Part shown: one piece after another, positions 56,215 to 64,000 of the stretch
Layout of the letters: each line of letters starts with the position of its first letter
How positions within the stretch are numbered: position 1 is the stretch's first letter
Source of the DNA: Eledone cirrhosa
Lineage: Eukaryota
Assembly (NCBI GenBank): GCA_964016885.1
Contig: OZ024747.1
Span: forward strand, 7,130,001-7,194,000
Reading direction: 5' to 3'
DNA length: 64,000 bases
Translations under genes and position numbers: made by a program
The notes under the pieces: model-generated
Database searches by the model: none
What the model was told of the DNA's origin: nothing
What the model saw: the letters and a program-made list of their open reading frames with translations, nothing else

Positions 56215-56512
56215 GCATGATTACATCTTTATGTTAAACCGTCGATTTTTGTTGAAGATTTGGTGTATGTATTTTTACTTGTTTTATTTTTAGTCAAAGA
56301 GATAAATAGTATTTGTGAAGGTGTCTGCTGCCTGTAAGATATGTGAAGTATATCGACTATAAATTGTAGGAATATCCATACGAAAAGTTGGTGTGAGATA
56401 TCCAGGACAAAATATATGATATCCCCAATATCTGCCACTGAAATAATACTGATGATACTTCTTTAATCTATACTCAACGAAACGGTTTTGTGCGTGCATG
56501 TGTATGTATATA

Positions 56513-56585
<73 letters not shown>

Positions 56586-56588
<3 letters not shown>

Positions 56589-57109
56589 AGGTCGCTCTCG
56601 AGTGCTACTGGTAACATGTAACCCAGTACAACCTGTCTCATGGTCGGATCGTCGGCGACTAAACCGGGGCAACCCCACCAATCCAGCTTGGTGAGGAGGG
56701 TGATATTTGGACACCCTGCGGGATGAAATACAAGACCCGGAAAAGGGCGGAGGAACTCAACAGAGTCAACGGCCATCGAAATAGTATTTTTTTTTTTTTA
56801 CCTGGGAATGAAAGGCCCCCAGTTGTTGTCACAACACCTTTCTAAGAGAAGAAGACTCTGTAAAAAAAAATCTGCGGCTTCGTAAGCATCCGATGATGTG
56901 GACCAGTTCTACTTTTTGGGTAGTGTTTCCGATGCTCAGAGAGTGGGATTCGTCGAGTGCAAGGCCTTTTTCCATTTAAAAAACCCCTAAAAAGTTCAGG
57001 CATTGCTTGTTCAGGATCTGTTACAGGTTTGTGTGGCTGGCCATAGCCTAAAAGTGCACCAAACTCTATAATCTGAGAAGCGATTGCAATACTCTTAGCA
57101 GAGTTTGCA

Positions 57110-57120
<11 letters not shown>
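56586..57120 (+). mobile_element. RTE 5'-UTR-like segment joined to an RTE-type 3' end
   Basis: GCTTGGTGAGGAGGGTG..GGACACCCTG..CAAGACC..AAAGGGCGGAGGAAC is recalled from RTE 5' UTRs. Ends GCAGCCATC then (AT)n like the other RTE tails here. Confidence 0.6.
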
Positions 57121-57192
<72 letters not shown>

Positions 57193-57227
57193 TGTTACAA
57201 CCTAATATATATATATATATATATATA

Positions 57228-57300
57228 TTAGGTTGTAACATAATTTCCCGCCGTTTTTGAAAACAAACAAATTATAACAACGGCGTGAATTTATGTTACA

Positions 57301-57306
<6 letters not shown>
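57228..57306. mobile_element. About 80-bp mariner-type MITE (MADE-like), with an extra TIR at 57188-57206
   Basis: TA-TTAGGTTGTAACATAATTTC.CGCCGTT ... AACGGCGTGAATTTATGTTACAACCCTA-TA. Confidence 0.75.
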
Positions 57307-57371
<65 letters not shown>

Positions 57372-57647
57372 GTGAAAAACCGGGAGGCCATATCAAAAGT
57401 TGGTAGAGCATTCAGTGCAAAGCACGAGTTCCATATAGAGTTCCATAACAGATTAACAAACCATACTTGAGAACACACTTTTCACTCAAAAGATTCTTCT
57501 GGTTTATTGTTAGAGTGAGACCGGAAGTATTTATGACTCATAAATACTTCCCTTCTCACTCTAACTATATAACTATACACAACTTGAGGAATTGTTCGGC
57601 TGAAACACGTGTTCTCAAGCATCGTTGTTAATCTGTTATGGAACTAA

Positions 57648-57706
<59 letters not shown>

Positions 57707-57733
57707 TCTCTTTTTCTCTCTCCCCCCCTCTCT

Positions 57734-57806
<73 letters not shown>

Positions 57807-57893
57807 TCTCTCTCTCTACTCTCAAGCGTGGACCTAATACTAACACTTTGTACTGCACTCTTCGCTTTGTTTTTGTTTTTTTGTTTTCTGTTT

Positions 57894-57932
<39 letters not shown>

Positions 57933-58109
57933 CAAGGAAGGTGTGGCAAGATACCATAACGCACTAGAGTACTCAATACTTAGGGTAGTAGAGTGGGTAA
58001 TAGGAAAAGAGCCAGGACCCCGCCGGCTGAGCTCCGGATCTAGCTGTCGAAATGGCCGGACCTCTGCCGTCGGTGTCCTAACTCTTTTCCTATATATATA
58101 TATATATAA

Positions 58110-58181
<72 letters not shown>

Positions 58182-58671
58182 TCGCAAGAGAAAAACATCT
58201 AGAAGGAAATTTATTCTCCCTCATCTCGGTACATTAATTACAAATACCATTCTTTTCTTTACATATAATTTACTTTCAGCTCCGACATTTTGTCTTTTAA
58301 TATCTGTAGACAGAAATGTTGCGACGGTTCTTGTATTATCAGTTTAAAATGAGAAGTTCTCTTAATTATATTATATTTGGCAAGAATTAAGAAAGAAAAA
58401 TTAAAAGAAATTGGCAAAGATAGAAATAGGAGTGTGGCTGAGTGGGGGTCGCCTGTGTACATCAAAGATTGAAATATAAAGTTATCAAAACATCAGCAAA
58501 TAAAGAAGATGGTCTTTATGTCCTTATCAGATTCGATGAACAACCATAAGCAAACAAACATATATATATATATATATATATATACGGGGGAGGAGGTATA
58601 GTGGTTGACTTAAGAAGTATTGGGGAAATTTGAAATGTGTGCATCCCAACGCGAATGGCCATAAAAATGCT

Positions 58672-58885
58672 GTCTTATATAGGCACAAGGTCAGCAATTT
58701 TAGGGGAGGGGAAAGTCGATTAAATCGACCCCAGTGCGTGACTGGTACTTTATTTTATCGGCCCCGTAAGGATGAAAGGCAAAGTTAACCCCGGCGGGAT
58801 TTGAACTCAGATCATAAACGGCCGTAACTCTATGCTGCAAAGCATGGCGCCCGACCCTCTACCGATACTGCCAATCCCCCGCCCT
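58672..58885 (-). mobile_element. SINE family A, full length
   Basis: Consensus match. Confidence 0.92.
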
Positions 58886-60371
58886 AGCACAAGACCATAA
58901 TAATAATATTCTATTCCTGTTAATAATAGTTGAGAAAATCGAGTAAAATTCTACTGGAGAGGGGAAAAATTGGACAGAGTCCTTTTCATGAAATCGAAAC
59001 TCGCATCCCCTGGTTACTGCGCGAGTACGTTAACCAGTACGCTAAAAGGCCTTTGACTGCCTATCCTGTCTATTTAGATAATTCTAAGCTTGTGTCTAGA
59101 AGTGTAACAACGCTTGATTTCTGAGGCATTGGAAAAATTTGAAAATTGAAATGTTTTGAGCGATGCGATGTCATCAGTTGAAACAAGATAGATTGTTTTG
59201 TATGTTTTAATAGTTTGCTTTGGGTATAAGATTCAATGTGTTGCCTTGTTTTGTAATAATCATTTAGAAACATGATTTATCTTGGCCAGTTTCCATTCTG
59301 TAAAGAATATCCTATATAAAAATTAGTAATTAGATCGTGAGGTCTTTTTTTTTTTCATGCCGCGAAGTGTTTCTAACAAATAATTTGAAGACACTAAGTT
59401 TCTTTAGGTAAAGTTACAGTTTCTTTTTATATCAGATCCAATCGTATTGCTTTAGTGTTCATCAACATAATTGTCAGTATAATTGATTATGCAGAAATGC
59501 TATCTCCTGCAAATATAAGTATTTAAAATGTATATTTATCTCAACAATGACAGTTCATTTTACCGTTGGTATTTAGTTTCAAAATGGCAGGCTGATACTT
59601 CAGCCGACTTCGCACTGGCTTTGACAACCTGGTCTTTACTAGCATTTGCCAAACCCCACGTAACAATGCTTTTTAGCACGTTTGTAAGACATTCTATCTC
59701 TATCATCTCATGACTAAGAAGCAAATACCAGCTGGCCGTTTTAACACTCAAGCCAGATTATTTGCATATTTTTCAAGATTTGTCTCATTCCCAGTAACAG
59801 ATGTGCTGTTCTACACGTGTCTACAAGTTTCTCCATTTTTGACTTCTCAGTGGGTTTGAGCAATTACATACGAATTACATGGATACAATATATGCACAAA
59901 GTTCTAACATAAAATCTCATGGTTAAGTTGTAGCCATGAAAAAAGACTTTACTTCAACTCTTGGTCCCACTGTGTCATACTTTGATAAAGTGTCTTCTAC
60001 AATAAAACTTGGGTCGACCAATATGAGTGAGATTGAGTAGGGGCAAATTCTGCAGAAGTCCATCGGTCAGACTGTACTTGTTGCTCGATGGTAGACTTAG
60101 CTTCGTTTAACACCACTACTTGACCATAAACGGAGTCCACTCTGTTGCAAGTATTCAGACTAAGACCCTGCCCTGATTTGGCTGTTAATTATAACAGGTC
60201 AAGCGACCGCATAGCAAATTTTTCATTGGTTTTTCCTTCATCTATAGAGTGGATGGAAAGAAACTTCCTATTTAAAATTGTTAAAATTGTTAATAACTTT
60301 AATTATTGGCTGGTTTTCATAAAACATGTATTATTTTGAATAGTATAATGGTAGAAATACATTACAGTGTT

Positions 60372-60702
60372 AAAATTCTACATAGACACTAGTGTTGTCC
60401 ACCAGTGCTTGTAATAATATGGGTATGTCCTCGATTGTCTTCATCAGGAACTCTGGAGATATGTTGGTCAGTACATGACGAATGCATTCCTCCAATTTAT
60501 TGAGAGGTTTTGAGCTATAGACTTCTTCTTTCACCCACCCCCACAATAAAAAATCGCATGGCGATAAGTAAGGGCTTCTTTATGGTCATTAATGTAGGCT
60601 TCATTGACCCAGACAACGTCCTGGAAATCGGAGATCAAGCTACTCACAGACAGTGTGTGCAAAATGAGGAGGGGCTCCATCTTGCATGAATATGAGGATA
60701 TT
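60372..60702 (-). pseudogene. Tc1/mariner (maT/rosa-like) transposase C-terminal relic
   Basis: IFMQDGAPPHFAHTV..LDLRFPGR.LG....P.RSP.LSPCDFLLWGWVKEEVY, with stops. Confidence 0.88.
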
Positions 60703-62202
60703 GGCCTAAATGGTCACAGCAGGCCAAAAAATCTAAATTTTCAAGAGTTTCTTTCCATCTGCCTTGTAGACCCTCGTCGTCGTCATCGTCATTGTAGTTG
60801 TTGTTGTTGTTGCTGTTGCTGTTGTTGTTGTTGTTGTTGTTTTTGTATAGCTCTCACTCGATGTTAAAGTTTCTCATTTTGTTTCCAACTCTTATCTGAG
60901 CGTTACATAAAAAGATTTCCTCTCTTTTAATCTTTGTGGAAAAAACAAACTTCATTATTCTAAATGTCAATCTTAATTGGTGAAGAGTGGGGTGACCTTT
61001 GTATTTGATAAGACCTTACACACAATGAAAGATTTTTCAAAATATAGATGTTCTCGTTATCCGACTGGGTATTAACTGGGGGGGGGGGGGGGGGTAATAT
61101 TTGCAACAGCTTATCTCTTTAATATCCTCCCATATTACTGTCTGCTGTGAGTAACCCCAGAAGAATGTAAATAATTCCACTTTCCAAAATATTGACTTAC
61201 GATATTATTTCGCTATATCATCAATCATTGTCAAACTATCCTTCTAAGTCTCTAACCAGGTTTACTTAGTAGTTGGTAGTTAAGTTTTAATATATTTAAT
61301 GCAGGAAACATCAACACGCTAACTAGAAATACTAGACGTCTTCGAGAATGTGACTTTAAGTGGATTTGGCTGGTATTTCTAGCAAGAAGAGTGACTACGT
61401 AGAGGCTCCGTCGTTAGTTCAAATAATACGTACATTGACGTATTTGAAGCTGTTATTGTTTAAAACAATAAAAAGAAAACTTCTCTTGATTGTGATATTT
61501 TCTATCTGCTCTTTAGTCTACCATTACTTAATTCCTACTGATCCAATGTCGTATAAATATCATTGGTTGGTATCAGATCTAATTTCCCTTCATGTTGGAA
61601 ATTACTAAAGAATTTTGAGGTCAACGAAGAAACCATATGTTAGCAATAATTAGATTTTAGTTGTTTAGAATTCCTTAATGGCGATGTCTAGAAATTTCAT
61701 ACGAGTGCGAATTTAATATAGAGAAGCTATTCCATCGGAAAATTAATCAAGAGAGCTTTATAAGTGGTAGGTTGGCAGTTAGAATATCAGACAAAATGCC
61801 TTGTTTAGTCACAGACGTATTTCTTCTGAGTTAATAACCTGCTGAGGTAAACTTTGTCTTTCATCCTTCATGTACTGGGGGTTGGTTTAATATTCCTACA
61901 AAGCATCTTAGTTGTAAATAGAATTATAGAGTTACAATAGAAGACTAAGAAGACAATAGAGATTAAATTGATTTTATTGATCTGTGTTCAATAACACCAA
62001 GGTTGATTTCGTCAGTTTTTCAAGAGTAATTCTGGTACACATACAACACATTACAAATCTGGTTCGAAACTCTTAGTTTTAGTCAAAAGGTTTCCTTTTT
62101 TTGTCTCTATATTCCAGTGTTATTGTTGTGGCGTCATCTTATAATAGGGGGGGGGGGGGGTTATTCCTATGCATAGAGATTGGATTGATAATATGTAATA
62201 AT

Positions 62203-62418
62203 GATTTCTACTGTAGGCACAAAGCCAGCAATTTGAAGGGGAGAGGAAGTCGATTAAATTGACCCCAGTGCATTACTAGTACTTTATTTATCGACCCCGT
62301 AAGGATGAAAGTCAAAGCTAACCTCGGCGGGATTTGAACTCAGAACGTAAAGGGTCATAACTCTATGCTGCAAAGCATAGTGTCTAACGCTCTACCGATA
62401 CTGTCAATCCACCGCCCT
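62203..62418 (-). mobile_element. SINE family A, full length
   Basis: Consensus match. Confidence 0.92.
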
Positions 62419-62934
62419 AATAACAACAATAATAATAATGAAAAAAAAAACACTTCCTTTACCAATATTTGTTAAACCCGGACTTGCAAAATCGGCCGAT
62501 TATTGAAGCGTCCTTTAAAAGGCCCAAGAGCGAGAGCTGAAACAAATGATGGACAAATATTTCGGCAGAGGTTCAACGTGTTTCTGATAACATGTTTCTG
62601 ATGTATTAAGACATCTCTCTAGGAGAAGGTCACTCTGATATAAAACCTGTGACTTCGTTTGCATCCAATGATGTAGACCAGTTCTTCTTTTGGGGAAAAT
62701 ACTTTCGATGTTATATTGAGATGTAAGTAAATGTAAAATGTAAAATATAAATAAGGATTGCTCTGGTAAAATATACGAAAATATTTGTGTAACTTCCACA
62801 AACTTCTGTCGTGACATTCCCGAGTCCAGTGACCCAAACATTGTTGTATTTTGATGTTTCAGAACACAAAAATTAATTAAAAACTTACCCCCACGAAAAG
62901 ACAGCGTGTGTTGTCCTATCTATAAGCTCCCTTC

Positions 62935-63428
62935 AAAAGTTGCCTTTGAGGCATCTCGAATCGCATACGAGAAAGTAAAGCGGGATGTGAGGAAGGGCAT
63001 TGCTGTTGCACTTCCAGACGGCGAGGGTCCTCCTATGGTGCTGACATGCAGCGTCTGTGCGAGACTCTGCCTAAGCAAAGCTGGACTCGAAAGTCATCTT
63101 CGCAGTCATAAAGTAAGACCAGTAGTTGACTACCAGGCTGCTGTTGGAGATGCTACTCATCATGCTTGTCAAACATGTGGTAGAGAATGTAAATCAACAG
63201 GAGGGCTCAAGTGACATGCAAAAGTACATGAACTCCAACCACAGCCGACTATTCCCAGTGAATGTTTTGGTTGCCGACTCTGTGCAAGACATTTTAGATC
63301 ATTGGCTGGGCTAAAAAGCGCACATTCGATCGCAGCGCTGTTAGTTGCAATCGTGTGTGTGTGTGTATAGATATGTTTATGTGTGTGCGTGTGTGTGTAT
63401 ATATATATGTATATGTATATTATGATTG

Positions 63429-63460
<32 letters not shown>

Positions 63461-63557
63461 GTTATTAATGTATATGTGTGTGTATATATATATATATATA
63501 TGTGTATATATATGTATGTGTGTATATATATATTTCTTTTTTTTAATTTAATTTTAT

Positions 63558-63588
<31 letters not shown>

Positions 63589-63640
63589 TTCGTGCAATGG
63601 CCATACTCGATAACGAGGTGGCAGCCATCATGTATGTATG
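62935..63640 (+). mobile_element. RTE-type LINE C-terminus with three C2H2-like fingers; its 3' end lies at 63590-63640 after a microsatellite interruption
   Basis: CSVCARLCLSKAGLESHLRSH, CQTCGRECKSTGGLK*HAKVH, CRLCARHFRSLAGLKS.H. Tail identical in type to 10900-10945. Confidence 0.75.
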
Positions 63641-63898
63641 CATGCATGAATACATTATATATGTTTATGTGTGTGCATATGTATGTCTGTGTGCATCAGA
63701 CATAACAACGAAAAAGCCATAAAAATGAGAATCATACCCAAATTGTTAATGGCTTTTTCTCTGTCTGTACTTATCTCCCTTTCTCTCACTCTTTCGTTCC
63801 ATATATTTATTCAGTCCTTATCATGTTTTCTCTCACCGCCATAATCTTATCATTTTCTCCACTACAGTACTATCATCTCCCCTCCAATTGTTAGGAGG

Positions 63899-63977
<79 letters not shown>

Positions 63978-64000
63978 CATGTATATATATGTATATATAT

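Noticed and set aside
56229-56438. Hydrophobic minus-strand ORF as a GPCR or membrane-protein exon
   Set aside because: Two frames are open, the acceptor is weak, and there is no clear donor or recognisable motif.
60436-60452. CTGATGA on the minus strand as a hammerhead
   Set aside because: Lies within the transposase coding relic, with no stem II-GAAA arrangement.

Overview
AT-rich, repeat-saturated eukaryotic DNA, intronic or intergenic. The extreme (TA)n/(TACA)n/(CA)n load and the tRNA-derived SINE families suggest an octopod cephalopod (inference, not a database result). No intact host gene can be supported. Almost all long ORFs in the track are microsatellite translations. Real content: about 20 copies of one tRNA-headed SINE (several with clear TSDs) and at least two other SINE families; decayed or truncated non-LTR retrotransposons (R4/Dong-type with restriction-like endonuclease, RTE, CR1); Penelope-like element (PLE) remnants including a GIY-YIG fragment; hAT and mariner MITEs; a Tc1/mariner transposase relic; and several minisatellites. 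Three signals stand out. (1) About nine minimal type-I hammerhead or hammerhead-like motifs, several inside near-perfect fold-back palindromes abutting (TA)n tracts. (2) A family of internally deleted, bipartite RTE derivatives with (ATGT)n tails. (3) R4/Dong-like elements sitting in or ending in (TACA)n arrays. Many boundaries are read by eye and are approximate.
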